A stretch of DNA of 64,000 nt from IMG/VR virus record IMGVR_UViG_3300033463_000039, positions 32,001 to 96,000 of that record. One strand, written 5' to 3'. Under the pieces are notes generated by a model. It did no database searches and was not told the origin of the DNA. It saw only the letters and a program-made list of their open reading frames with translations. How positions within the stretch are numbered: position 1 is the first letter of the stretch; every line of letters begins with the position of its first letter. The translations under genes were made by a program, and so were the position numbers. Of the stretch, positions 36,883 through 48,737 are shown one piece after another. Source of the stretch: a virus. Taxonomy: Duplodnaviria; Caudoviricetes.

Positions 36883-37761
36883 CTAAATGCTTTCATCATC
36901 ACCAGGGTGTTTCATAACTGATGTTAAATCAGCTTCTGTGCTCTCAAAGTCTTCAACAACTTGGATTACACATAAAACTTTCTTTGTGCTGTTGAAATAT
37001 GTATATCCAGGCATTGCATCCATTGTGAATGTAAATGTTGAAGGATCTCCTGTACTAGCCATACTAAATGTAAAGTTAGATTGAATTTTAACATTAGGTA
37101 GAGTAATTTCAGCTGGTAAATCTTTACCTGTGCTTTGATCTCTAAATAATGTGCTAGCTTCAACATAGTAGTAACCAGCGAAGTTTTCAGCATCAATTTG
37201 TAATTCAGAAATAGTTCCTGCATTTCTTACTATATAGTAATCAACACTTACTGTATCTCCTGTATTTGAAGTAGCTCCAGTAATTTTCTTTCCAGATACT
37301 GTTGTTCCTTCTACTAATTCTCCTGTTATAGATCCATCAGCTTCTGTAACTGCGATAAATATAGGAGCTGTAGCGTCGATTTCATCATCTTCATTCATAG
37401 CATCTGTTAAATCAATTTCTCCTGTTGCAGAAACAACAGCTGCAGATGTCATATGAACATGAACTTCTTCCTCAGCATCTTTGAATAGACCAGCACCACT
37501 TAAGATACTAAATCCAATTGGTGAAAGTAATGCATCTTCAACTGTGAAAGTTAAAGTTTTCTCACCTTCCCAAGCGATAAGTCTTGTATTTCCTCTACCA
37601 CCTTGAGCATAAACTGTTGTTGCAGCTCCCTCAATTGTAGAAGTTTTAGCTGTGTCTATATAAAGAACAGGTTGACCAGCTTGGAATGTTGTAGAACCTA
37701 TTTTTTGAGCTGTTTTAGCTTTAAAAACTACGTTAGCAATCTCGCGAACACCAAACTTCAT
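36883..37761 (-). CDS. Major tail (tube) protein
   Basis: 292 aa, beta-rich (VYAQGGRGN, FTFSMASTGDPSTFTFTMD). Position fits, and it has its own terminator. Confidence 0.8.
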   Translation of the reverse strand: MKFGVREIANVVFKAKTAQKIGSTTFQAGQPVLYIDTAKTSTIEGAATTVYAQGGRGNTRLIAWEGEKTLTFTVEDALLSPIGFSILSGAGLFKDAEEEVHVHMTSAAVVSATGEIDLTDAMNEDDEIDATAPIFIAVTEADGSITGELVEGTTVSGKKITGATSNTGDTVSVDYYIVRNAGTISELQIDAENFAGYYYVEASTLFRDQSTGKDLPAEITLPNVKIQSNFTFSMASTGDPSTFTFTMDAMPGYTYFNSTKKVLCVIQVVEDFESTEADLTSVMKHPGDDESI

Positions 37762-37847
37762 ATAAATTTCCTCCTTTTATATTTTTTAATTTATAAAACT
37801 CCTTTTATTTCTTTCTGCTAGTATTAAAAAATCAATTAGAACATTTT

Positions 37848-38612
37848 TTATTGTTCTTCATTATCATTATCAGAATGAATATCCTTCATTCAATCTTTAA
37901 CTGGGCCTAAATCTTCAGACTTCGCGCCCGCTAGTAATGCACTTTGATGTGCATCAAAAGCAAGTTTCAATTGAAATCTTTGAAATTCATCAAATAATTG
38001 ATACAAAGAATAATTTAACAAAGCATTCATATCTTTGTTTTCACCTACTGCAAGAATTGAAATATATCTACTCAAAATAGCAACTTTTTGATCATTTTTA
38101 GACTCTTTAGCCATAATTTTATTACGACTCTTTTTTAGCTTTTCTGCAATTTTACTTGCAAGACCGCCGGCTGGATTATATTCTTTCTCCCCACCGCCTA
38201 AAACTAATATTTCATTCAATGCTTCTAAAAAAATATTATAATTTTTTTCATTTAAACTAAGCATTATATCATCTTGCTTTAAAACTATTTCAGATTTATC
38301 AAAATCTAAACTAATTTCATAAGCAGGAAATAATAGAGATAAAACTTGTAAAACACATTGTTTATTATATTGCATTTTATTATTTTTTTCTCTAATTATT
38401 GACATTATTATATTAAAATTGCTTATATTCTCTAAACGATTTTTGTCCTCTTCTTCTAAATTCTCTTTAGAAAATCTTAATATTTCACAACCTGTAAAAA
38501 AGGTATCTTCTCCTATAAAAGCAATTTCTTTTATTGTAGGAGGGTGAAATAAAATATTTAATTCTACTAAAGGAATATCATTCCCAGACAATAATAACAA
38601 TTCATTAATCAT
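37848..38612 (-). CDS. Hypothetical tail/neck assembly protein (254 aa)
   Basis: Extends through TGA at 37890 (KD-W-MKDIH) to TAA at 37848. Confidence 0.7.
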
Positions 38613-38617
38613 AAATA

Positions 38618-39214
38618 TTACTCTTCTTCTCTATCTGGTATTTTATCATCAGAACCATGAATAGCTCTATATGTTAAAGTATATCCTGATAATACTTCAT
38701 CTAATACTAATTCATTACATCCCATAAAATTTAATTCCCCAATTCCAGTTAATTTAGTTTTATTTAAAATTCCATCTATATAACCTGCAATTTTAATTGG
38801 TCTAATTTGATAATTATCCATTACCCAATAATCAGTATGACATAATATATCAAAATGAATAGTACAATCTCTAAATTCCGGATTTGTTGCATTAGGAGTA
38901 AAATTATCAAAAGTAAGAATAATATAAGATTTTACTTTCTCATGTTCTGGCATAGCAATTTTTGGTGCTAATTTTATATAACCTTCTTGAACAAGAGTAG
39001 CTAAATTTGTATTATTAACTTTTTCTATATATTCCTCATTTGTTAAATTAGACAAACAATCTTTAGTAGGAATTACTAATAATCTTAATAATTGTTTATT
39101 ATAAGGTTTATGATCAAAAAACAACTTTGTTAGTATTAAACTAATATCTTTCTCAATAGAAAGGAAAGATGAACTAATACTTGTAGAAGCTGTTTCTATA
39201 AGGTCTCTTTTCAT
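38618..39214 (-). CDS. Putative tail terminator/completion protein
   Basis: 198-aa ORF in the neck module. Function is assigned by position. Confidence 0.55.
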   Translation of the reverse strand: MKRDLIETASTSISSSFLSIEKDISLILTKLFFDHKPYNKQLLRLLVIPTKDCLSNLTNEEYIEKVNNTNLATLVQEGYIKLAPKIAMPEHEKVKSYIILTFDNFTPNATNPEFRDCTIHFDILCHTDYWVMDNYQIRPIKIAGYIDGILNKTKLTGIGELNFMGCNELVLDEVLSGYTLTYRAIHGSDDKIPDREEE

Positions 39215-39227
39215 CTAACTCTCCTTT

Positions 39228-40235
39228 CTATAAAGAATTTATTGTAATTGTTTTTATTATATCTTCTTCTCCAGTTCTTCTATATATTAAATCTACAAAA
39301 CCACTCTTTGAAGTTACAATAGTAATAGTAACAGAAGAGTCTGAAGAACCATCTATTTTTGCCTTAGTGTTGCTTAGGAACCAAGTTCCATCTGAGGCAT
39401 TTTCAATAGTATAAGTAGATGTATCAAAAGGATACAAACTATCCTTTCCATTAATTGCGGGCGTCTGGTCTGGTATTGGATCAGTCTCATCTTGAGAAGG
39501 ATCTGTCTCGTCCGGAGTTTCATCACCGGCCGCATCCGCATTATTTTCTTCAAATTCATTTGTAAATGTTTCTCTTAAATAAACAATTAACATAGTCTCT
39601 GAAGTTATATCATCTACCATTTGTACTTCTCATAATCTATCTTTTATAGTTACTTTTTTAAATCTTTCAAAGTAACCTTTTGTTGTATCATCTGCTGTTA
39701 TATATAATATTACTTCATATCCCATTTCGCTCCAAGAATTATGTCCTTTAGTATGCCATAGAGCTTCATCTCCATCTCTACTAAACCAACCATAATATGA
39801 TTTTCCATTGACAACAACTTCATCTTCTGCCTTTCTAATAGTTCCTCTAAAATAAGCATTTTCTTCTAATATTTCTTGAATAACAATCCAATGAGTATTA
39901 GTTTCTTTCCAAGTGAAAGTATCGCCAACTTTCATATTAATTTTTCTTAATTCTACTGGATCTCAATTTATAAACTTTTCATCCTCCCCATTTAGACATG
40001 TATCTTCATAAGGAATTGAAATAATCTTATCATCATAATCTTCCTTTAACTTATCATGATTTATTAAACATTTAAATTCTCTTTCATCATCTAATATTGC
40101 GGTTTGAGCTTGATAACTATAAAGTAAAGCTTTCTTTAAACTTCTTAGCTTATCTTGATCCATTCTATCTTCTTGCGCAATCCCGCCTTGATAAGTTAAT
40201 CTTGTTCGTAAATTATCTAGACTTGACATATTCAC
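39228..40235 (-). CDS. Putative head-closure protein with acidic linker and C-terminal Ig-like domain (about 335 aa)
   Basis: Three track ORFs in frame across TGA at 39963 and 39630. Confidence 0.7.
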
Positions 40236-40533
40236 TCACCTTATTCATAAGGTTTAAACAATCAAAAATCATTCTTCTAAAACTGAAGAAATCATCAGTA
40301 TCTAAACTCTTAAGCCCTTCTAATTTACTAAGCAAAGAAACGTAATCAGGACCTATATCTTGATTAAATAATTCATACATTCCTGAAAATTCTTCTATAA
40401 TAGTAGATAAAGGAACCTTTCAATCGGCTCCCTCTTCTCTACTTGGTAATAACTTATAAGTTCTATTTATAAGTTTTTTTAAATTTGCTAAAATATCTTC
40501 TGTAGATATATCTACATTATATTTACTCATCAT
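40213..40533 (-). CDS. Hypothetical protein (106 aa, one TGA=Trp), absent from the track
   Basis: MMSKYNVDIS...YKLLPSREEGAD-W-KVPL...FRRMIFDCLNL. Its start overlaps the upstream TAA. Confidence 0.75.
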
Positions 40534-41072
40534 TATGAAAGACCCCCTTCTGAAGGCGGCTTCATAATAGTATCAAAAGTTGATCTGATACGACCATCTT
40601 CTGTAAGAGTCCTTCTCTTATACAATCTCTGTAAATGAAACCCTTCTCTTTCATATTCTTTTCTTAATGTAACTAACTTTTGAATATGATTTGCTTGAGA
40701 AGTAAATTTAAAATCTGTTCCACTATACTTCATTCTTACATTCTCTATACTAGCTAACTGTTGACCTAACCATTCTACTACCATATAAGTTGCTAAAATA
40801 TTAATTTCTTCTGAAGTTAATTTATTATTAAAAAAGCCAACTTTATAAACAGTTTTAGTTTGTTCATCAACGGTTGTTGTAGTAGTATAAGATTTTTTAT
40901 AATCTGAGACATCCTTACGAGGAAACTCAAATTTAGGAATTGCAGATAATAACAATTCTTCTAACATACTGTAAGTCTCGTCTTTAGACAATTCCATATA
41001 CATATCATCAGTTATCTTTGCTAGAAAAGAATCATAAATGTCAGAAAAAGGTGTAGTATATAAATTAGCCAT
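40533..41072 (-). CDS. Putative head-tail adaptor
   Basis: 179-aa helical protein two genes downstream of the capsid gene. Confidence 0.6.
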   Translation of the reverse strand: MANLYTTPFSDIYDSFLAKITDDMYMELSKDETYSMLEELLLSAIPKFEFPRKDVSDYKKSYTTTTTVDEQTKTVYKVGFFNNKLTSEEINILATYMVVEWLGQQLASIENVRMKYSGTDFKFTSQANHIQKLVTLRKEYEREGFHLQRLYKRRTLTEDGRIRSTFDTIMKPPSEGGLS

Positions 41073-41089
41073 ATTACACCTCCCTTGTA

Positions 41090-41656
41090 TTATTTATTTA
41101 TTATTTTATATTTACTCTCTGTGCTGCTACTACCTGATTTTGGAGTCTTAGCCGCTAAAGGACTAGTTCTTCTCTTGTTTGTAGCCGCTACAGGACTAGT
41201 TGTTTGCTCTTCTAAATTTAATCTTATTGCTGTATCTACATCAAAATTGGTTTGTTGTTTTATTGCTTCTCTCTTATCTACATTATTAATCTTTAAATCT
41301 ACTGCTTCTTGCTTAATTAAATCAACAACTCCCGCAGGAGCAAATTCTAAAGCATCTTTTAATTGATCAAGAGTTCCTTCTATTAAAAGTTTTTTAACTG
41401 TTTCTTGATCATAATAATATTCAGGCTCAATTTCACCTAATATTTCTTGTGCAGCATCTTCATCACCAATAATAAGATAATTTTTTAATAAAGATCTTCC
41501 GCCTTTTGCCCAAGATAATTTTTCTATCTCTTCAAAAGTTACCATTTTAGTTTCTCCAGGACTAAATACCTTACGAGTTCCTGTATCTGGTAATGTATAT
41601 TCAACAGTTCCTGTATCTCTATTTGTTAAAGCAATTATTTTAGTTTTATCTATCAT
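41090..41656 (-). CDS. Hypothetical head-module protein
   Basis: 188-aa ORF with AAGGAGG RBS. Confidence 0.7.
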   Translation of the reverse strand: MIDKTKIIALTNRDTGTVEYTLPDTGTRKVFSPGETKMVTFEEIEKLSWAKGGRSLLKNYLIIGDEDAAQEILGEIEPEYYYDQETVKKLLIEGTLDQLKDALEFAPAGVVDLIKQEAVDLKINNVDKREAIKQQTNFDVDTAIRLNLEEQTTSPVAATNKRRTSPLAAKTPKSGSSSTESKYKIINK

Positions 41657-41822
41657 TTGCTTTATATACCTCCTTTTATCTTTATATTTGTCCTCATAAA
41701 TAATATATTATAATTTTTCATATTTTTCAAGTTTCCAAAAGATAAAAGAAAAGAGGGAAGATTAACCATTATAATTAATCTTTTGATTTCCTAATTATAA
41801 CTTTGTCTTCCCTGATATATAA

Positions 41823-42860
41823 CTAAACTGAATATTCTGGTGCTAAACTTGTATTTCTGTATACACAGATATTATTTGATACTAATGTAGCAACACCGAA
41901 TTTCTTGTAAACTCTAATTTCTCTAGACCAATCTTCGTTATCTACTTCTTTAACTGCTGTAGGACCTTCAAAAGCTATCTTAACTGGTTTGCTATTATCT
42001 CCAGCTGGGATAATCCATGCATATGATGGATCTATAACTTTTGTTGTATTTGTTTCATCTTCATAAGCTTGATTTAGAACAATTACATTATGTCCTTTAT
42101 AGTTAGCTAAGTAACCATTATTCCATCTCTCATCTTTATGATTATCAGATCTCCAACCTTCTTCTGGAACCATTGTTGCAGCAAATTCATATGTACAATA
42201 AATTGTAGATTTTCCATAAGAATCAGCAACAGCAATTAAGTTGTCCATAGCTGCTTCATCAAAAGCATTAGTTGTTGTTTTGTTAGCTCCTTGTAATTCT
42301 TCTACCATTGCAATTAAAGCTTTAGCGATTTCTTTATAAACAGCTTCGTCTAAACCTTCCATAACAATTTCAAGAATTTCAGCGAAATCTACTCTTCCAT
42401 CTAGGAATTCTTCAAATCCTATTTGAGCAGCTCCACCATAAGCTTCTGTATTTACATCTACGTATTTTCCATCTAGTTTGAATACTTCATAAACGCCTGC
42501 TAAACCAACTCTAGTAACAAATCTTTTAGCTCTACGTCTTGCAGATTCTGTAATTCTTGTTACAAATCTAGCTTTATCACCTTGAGCTAAAGTTTTGATT
42601 TCAGCAAACATTCCATATTGCTCTAAAACTTTTCTTGGTAATACATCTGTAACTGTTTCTTCGATTAATTCGAATATAATATTTTTGTTGTTTTCATATT
42701 GTCTATAAGTACCTGCTAATTCATTTAACTCTTTTCTTAGAGTATCATTTAAATCAGAATAACTGAATTTATTTTCTCCAAAAGAATATGCTACTTGAGA
42801 AGAAGAGTCTGCGTTAGCAACGGTCTTAGCTAGTTTTATTAATTCACTTTTTTCTAACAT
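41823..42860 (-). CDS. Major capsid protein
   Basis: 345 aa, following the protease/scaffold and decoration genes. Codon use suggests high expression. A hairpin follows the gene. Confidence 0.85.
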   Translation of the reverse strand: MLEKSELIKLAKTVANADSSSQVAYSFGENKFSYSDLNDTLRKELNELAGTYRQYENNKNIIFELIEETVTDVLPRKVLEQYGMFAEIKTLAQGDKARFVTRITESARRRAKRFVTRVGLAGVYEVFKLDGKYVDVNTEAYGGAAQIGFEEFLDGRVDFAEILEIVMEGLDEAVYKEIAKALIAMVEELQGANKTTTNAFDEAAMDNLIAVADSYGKSTIYCTYEFAATMVPEEGWRSDNHKDERWNNGYLANYKGHNVIVLNQAYEDETNTTKVIDPSYAWIIPAGDNSKPVKIAFEGPTAVKEVDNEDWSREIRVYKKFGVATLVSNNICVYRNTSLAPEYSV

Positions 42861-42878
42861 AATACTTTACTCCTCCTC

Positions 42879-43388
42879 TTACGCGATTCTTTGAACTTTA
42901 ACAGCAGGTTGTCCATCAGCTAATGTATAAACATCAACGATTTGGAATTGCATTCCTGTACTTACTGTTTTATCCAAAAATCCTTCGCTATTTATTCCTA
43001 ATTTTTCTTCTACTGCATAATCTCCCATTTCAAGTTCACTTGTAGCTGAAGTTGCAGCGGCTTTTAAGCAGTTTGTTGTAAATATATCACCGATATTTGT
43101 TTTGAATAATCTTGGATATATAACTCCGTCAGCTGCTTCTGATGCTAGAGCAACATAATCTTTGTATGTTCTATAACCATCATATAGTTTTACTTCGTTG
43201 AATACTAACATCCATTCTATTTCTGCATCACTTGAGAAATCTACGACTTTTTTAGCATAGTCATATTTTGCAAATTGACCATTTTCTAATTGAGCAATTC
43301 CAGTTGCTGGTAATTGTGCATAGATTTGACCAGTTCTTTGAGCAGAAAGATGGTTAGGCTCAACTTGTCCAAAACCTTTTCTTTTCAT
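42879..43388 (-). CDS. Capsid decoration/stabilising protein
   Basis: 169 aa, beta-rich, between the scaffold and capsid genes. Confidence 0.65.
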   Translation of the reverse strand: MKRKGFGQVEPNHLSAQRTGQIYAQLPATGIAQLENGQFAKYDYAKKVVDFSSDAEIEWMLVFNEVKLYDGYRTYKDYVALASEAADGVIYPRLFKTNIGDIFTTNCLKAAATSATSELEMGDYAVEEKLGINSEGFLDKTVSTGMQFQIVDVYTLADGQPAVKVQRIA

Positions 43389-43407
43389 AGTTTATAATTC
43401 CTCCTTA

Positions 43408-44790
43408 TTATTTTTTGCTATTTTGAGTATCTATACAAGCAGAAATCCATGCAGGTACAGCTTCATCTTCTTGAGGAAGATTGAATGTTGCCTCTGGTGA
43501 ATTTTCTTCTTCTATATTCTTATCATTTTTTTCTGAATCCTCTGAATCAAAATTAACCCTTTTTCTTACACAAATTACAGATAATTTAGATTCAATTTCA
43601 TCTAAGCTATAATTTTTAATGTTTTCTACTACATCTTTCTTATCTTCATCTGTTAACATATAAAAACTATCAATTAAAGCATTTTTCTTTTCTGTTTCTA
43701 CGTTTTCTTTAAATTCTACTAACTCTGCATATTTATTTTCTAAATCTGCATAAGATGCTTGTAGTTTTTTGTAATCCTCTAATGTAAATTCTTCTGCGGC
43801 TGGTTGCTCTTCAGTTGCTTCAACCTCGGTTGATTCTTCTTCAGCGGCTTCCGCATTTTCCTCAACATCAGATTCTACATCATTTACAGCTTCGTTAACA
43901 GGGTTTTCTTCAACTTCAGTAGTTTCTTCTTCTTTTTCTTCTTCTACTTCTGTTGTTTCTGATTCGGTTACTTCTTCAGCTGTTTCAACTTCTTCTGTTG
44001 TTGTTTCTTCAGCTTTAACTTCTTCTTCAACTACAGGTTCAGTTTCAACTTCTGGAGTTTCGATAACTTCTTCTTCGTTTTCCATGTTTTTTCCTCCTTC
44101 TAATGCAAATTTTAAATCTTGCATCATAGTAAATAATGTTTTCTTAAAATTGTCATCAACTTTTGTAAAAGTTTTGCTTACATCTGGAGCTGTTACACTA
44201 GCACCTTCAAAGCAAGGTTCTACATTTTCACCTAAAATGCATAATTTAGAAAATATTGCGTCATCAATTATAAAAAATTCCATATTTGAATTATTATCTA
44301 TTGACCAATGACCTTTTAAAGTTTCTTCATCTAATTCCATAGATTGATTATTTCCTTTATCAAGAACTCTTTGAGCTTCTTCAAATTGTCCTGTTCATAA
44401 ATAACCATTTGTCATTAGATATTTTCTTGTTACAACATTTCCAAATTCATCAGTATCTTCAAAATCTTGAAATCATACTTTTGCATCTGGGGCAACAAAT
44501 CCATAAGGTTTAGTTAGACAATTAAATTTAATACCTTCATCATCAATAATTACTTGTTCACCATGATCTGCAAAATCTTCATCCTCTGGTTTATAATAAC
44601 CAACGATAGGAGCACCTCTTAATGTCTTTGACATTTCAGTAGCAACTTCTTTATTGATATAACTACCATTACGATTTTGTCCTACATAAAGAACTTTTAT
44701 CTCACACTTACTCATCAAAGGATTTATATCCAAAGGTTGAAGATTTATAAATTCAGGAGAACTTATGGTTGCTATTGATTTGTGCATCAT
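43408..44790 (-). CDS. Prohead protease fused to acidic scaffold (460 aa, 2 TGA=Trp)
   Basis: NRNGSYI, APIVG, DHG, DAKV-W-FQ, NGYL-W-TGQF, NQSMEL and LCILG..VEPCFEGA, followed by a Glu-rich scaffold. Confidence 0.88.
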
Positions 44791-44820
44791 ACTGATATCC
44801 TCCTATCTTTTCTAACTACT

Positions 44821-44865
44821 ATTATTTTAATTTTATTTAAACTCCATTAATGTTTTTTGTCCTAT
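44821..44865 (-). promoter_or_regulatory. Putative late-promoter motif
   Basis: ATAGGACAAAAAACATTAA-N19-AAATAA upstream of the head operon. Confidence 0.55.
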
Positions 44866-44866
44866 T

Positions 44867-46474
44867 TTATTTTTGAGATTCAAGATTTTCTAAAGTTTTT
44901 TCAGAAACTTCTTTACCTTGTGACTCATTTGTAGGACGTCCCGCCTCACTTTCTTCAGATTCTTTATTAGTTTTATTTTGTTCATTAACACGATTCAAAA
45001 CATCTGAATTCATAGTTGAGCTCATCATTGGTGGAATAAATACATTAATAAGATCAAGTACATCATTTTCAAAATATGCATTAGCAAGTATTGCGCTTTG
45101 AGTTTGTCCAAGAGCAATTTGTGCCAATAATTTACTATAACCAACTTGCATTTGTTCTTTGTACATTTTTGATAATTCTTTGTAATTATAAATTGTTGTA
45201 GTTAATAATTGTGCTCTGAAAGAAATTTTCTTTGATACATTAAATTTTACTAATAAATAATTTAAGAAATCTTGAAATTGTAATAATAAATTATACATTG
45301 AAGCTTCATCATTTAAAATTGATTTCTCAAGAGCTATATTACCATCTGTATTAAATTGCATTTGACTAATTCCTGCTTCATTATATACAGTTCTTTCAAC
45401 TTTTGCTAAATCATCAACAGTAGTAGTTGTATTTTTATCTGCCATATCCGCAACATCTACATCAGCAAAAGTAGTTAAGACATCAATTCCAACTGCTTTT
45501 CCTAACATATTTACTGCATTATTATGTAATTGTTGAGCTTCATCAACATCAAAAACTAAATCGCCATTTTTATCTACTGGCATTTTTTGAATAATAATTT
45601 TTAATAATTTTTGAGCCATTCTTTTTCTATCTAGTCCTTGTGCTACATCTAAATCAAGAATAGCAGGAATTACCGCAATTAAAACAGGAAAATCTTCCCC
45701 ATTAATATTAAATTTAACAGCCTTGTTAATATCTAATAAATACCATCCAGAAGTATCTCCTTCAAAATCAGGAACTAATTTTCCTTCTTTAAAAAGTCTA
45801 TATCCTTGCTTGAATTCTTTTGGAAATAAATTTAAAATTCTCATTTTTTGTTGAGCATCTTTAAATTTATCATCAAAATATTTCATATTAAATTCTATTG
45901 CGGGTCTTCCCATTACACTAAATCTTGATCTACAATATTTAATAGGAAGCTCTTGAATTTGAACACTAGTTATATTATCAATAATATAACCATAATAGCA
46001 TCCATTTCTAACTACTTTTAAAGCAATATTTCCAAACAATTCTTTTATTTTTGAATTATCAAAATAATTTAATATTTTATAAAAATTAGTTAATAATTTT
46101 TTATCGTTTTTTAATTCTTCATCGTTGATATAAGGGGTTATCATTCAATCATATCTATACATATAAGCTAAATATTTACAAAGTCTACCATATATACCAC
46201 TTGTTCTATAAAAGAAATTTGAAACTGATTGCATTGTAAGTAAATCATTATCTGCAATAGCTTTTAACACTCTTTCTTTATTTCCTAAATTAGAGTTTAT
46301 TCTATTATAAATAGAAACATCTGTTAAAGTTGCATCTTCTAAATGTTGTAAACCAATTTTTATTTTAGAAAAATCAACAGGAACATATGATTCATCTGGA
46401 TTTGCGGTGCCATTAGAAATAGTAAAACCTTTTTTCTTTATCTCATCCATTCTATTATTAATCAAAGTTGACAC
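44867..46474 (-). CDS. Portal protein (about 535 aa, one TGA=Trp)
   Basis: Two abutting in-frame ORFs (YRYD-W-MITPY). Size and position between terminase and protease fit a portal. The start codon is uncertain. Confidence 0.85.
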
Positions 46475-46507
46475 CTCTCTTTGCTATAATTTTTTAGTAT
46501 ATTTAAT

Positions 46508-46877
46508 CTAAAAGCCTCCAAGCGCATAATAGATATTCATAATATAATCATAACTAATTTTACTTTCCTCTGTATAAGGAATAGCAATTAAAATAATATT
46601 ATGTTTTCTACAATATTCTCTTTTTAAAAAATCATTATATTGTTGTCTTTTTAATCCGGCTTTTTCCTCCAAATTTACTTTTTGCAACATAATGCTGAAT
46701 TCCTTGATACTCTAATACGAATTGTAAATTTTCATCATCATCAAAAACTGCAAAATCAAATCTTAAAGGAATTCCATTTGAGCTAATCAAATCATCAAAA
46801 GAATATTCTTCTACGTAATTTAATCCAGCTTGCTCAAAAATTTCTTCTATTTTGATTTCTCCTCGACTCGCTCTCAT
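46508..46877 (-). CDS. PD-(D/E)XK (DUF559/Vsr-like) nuclease-fold protein, needs +1 shift at CGG 46658-46656 (122 aa)
   Basis: SRGEIKI...LRFDFAV...LEYQGIQHY...KFGGKS continues in +1 as GLKRQQYNDFLKREYCRKHNIILIAIPY. Confidence 0.75.
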
Positions 46878-46936
46878 TCTACCTCCTGTATAAAAATATA
46901 TACATAGATATGATTCGATATACTAAACATTTCTAA

Positions 46937-46983
46937 TATATATTTATTTTTTTCACAATAAATTAATCAAAATCTGCCCAAAA
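46937..46983 (-). promoter_or_regulatory. Putative late-promoter motif
   Basis: TTTGGGCAGATTTTGATTAA-N19-ATATAT. Confidence 0.55.
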
Positions 46984-46988
46984 GAGAG

Positions 46989-48737
46989 CTAGTTTAAAAA
47001 TAAAAATTGTGAAATATCTCTTTTCTTTCTTTTTTTCTTTCTATCTTCATCTTGTTTTATATAATATAATCCATATTCAAAAGCAGAAAATTTATCTTTA
47101 GGAATCCCGCGGCTAGATTGTTTTAAAATAATATTTGCACCTTCATTTTCTTCTACTAAATTTAACATTTGAGTTTTTAAAATTGTAGTTAATGTAAAAG
47201 GTTTTAAATATTCCGCTCTTTTATCTCCAGACATAGTTTGACCTACTTTTGTAGACATTAATTTTACTTTCGCCTGAGTTTCATCTATTAAAAATTTAAT
47301 TTTTCCATTTAATAATTGAGTTTGAACATAACTATGAGCTTCTGTATTTATAGGTAAATTTGCTTTTATTAAATACATAGCATTACTTTCTACTCCTGGT
47401 CCATTAACTTTTTTATATTGTTCTGTTATATCTTCATTAGTTCCACCTTCAACACCAAAAGGAGCAAGATCATCTCCTGACTCAGGATCAACTTGCGCTT
47501 TAGTCATAAAGTCAACTAAACCAATACCTAAACCATTAGCATCAATTACAACAGAACGAGCTTTATATTTATAAAATAATCTTTTAATATGAATTGCTTG
47601 CTGTTCAAAATCTTCAGCTTCATAACTATATAAATTTACTAATGTTTTTAATGCGGCGCCTTGTAATTGTGGAGTTACTTTAAAAACACAAACTTCTGTA
47701 GTACATTTTAAACGACCAACGTCAACTCCTAATACATAATAAGCAGTTTTATTTGAGCGGCCGCTATATTCATACTCTGGTTGTAATAAAACTCTGTATT
47801 TATCAAACTTTTCCGCAGAGAAGAATGCGTTTTCTGCATCTCCACTTCATTCTGATTCATATTCTCTTGCAAATGAATTGTCATTATAAGTTCCATCTAG
47901 TTTTAATTCTTCTATAAAAGATTTTTTTAATAGTTTTTCCATGACTGGAACGCGCCAAGATCCTCCTAGAACGACTGCTTCCGCAGGATCAATTATTTCT
48001 TGAATTAAAATTTGAATTAATTTATCATAAGCAGAACTATTTTTTCAACCTGCGGTAGTAACATAAACTTGACTTTTATTAGTAACTTCTTCTTCAACTC
48101 TTGAACCATCAGATAATCTTCTATCAACGTTCATAGTAGGAATAATAACTTCATTTAAAATAGTTTGATCTATCAAAATACACTCTTCCATTAAACCACC
48201 AGTTGCTCTCTTACCACGAGTACTTTGCTGAGCAGCCATAACATCAAGTTTACTACCATTTTTAAATTTATATTCAACCATATTCTTAGAAGACTTTGTT
48301 GCGCCTCTAGTCCAGTCTATTTCATTCTTAATTCCAGGTATTAATTTACAAATTTCATCTGCTTTATCCTTTAAAATGCCTGCCGCTTGTTCTTTTCCTC
48401 CAGTAGTAACAAATAAATGTGAATTAGGATATAAAATACATCTTAACATCAATACTAAAACTGATAAAAAAGATTTTGAATAACCTCTAGGAAAAGTTGC
48501 ATAAGCATATCTATGACGCATCGCCGCACGCAAAAATAATCTTTGATAAAAAAATAAACTAAAATTTTCTTTATTTTCGGGTCCGCATAAAAATTCAACA
48601 AATATATCAGGATATTCTCTCCAAAAAGCAATTTGTTTTCTTAAATTAGACATTTGTTGTTTTATACGGTCTTCAGATATCCCAACTTTTTTAGCTTCTT
48701 GATTTTCTACATGTTGCAAAATATCATTAAGAGCCAT
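46989..48737 (-). CDS. terL: Terminase large subunit (about 582 aa, 2 TGA=Trp)
   Basis: Walker A-like FPRGYSKS, TRGKR, Walker B-like GGLMEE, YVTTAG-W, FAREYESE-W-SG and nuclease motifs LGVDVGR and DKFSA. Confidence 0.92.

Noticed and set aside
3297-48737. TGA as Gly (table 25) or selenocysteine
   Set aside because: TGA aligns with Trp-type motif positions and is far too frequent for Sec.
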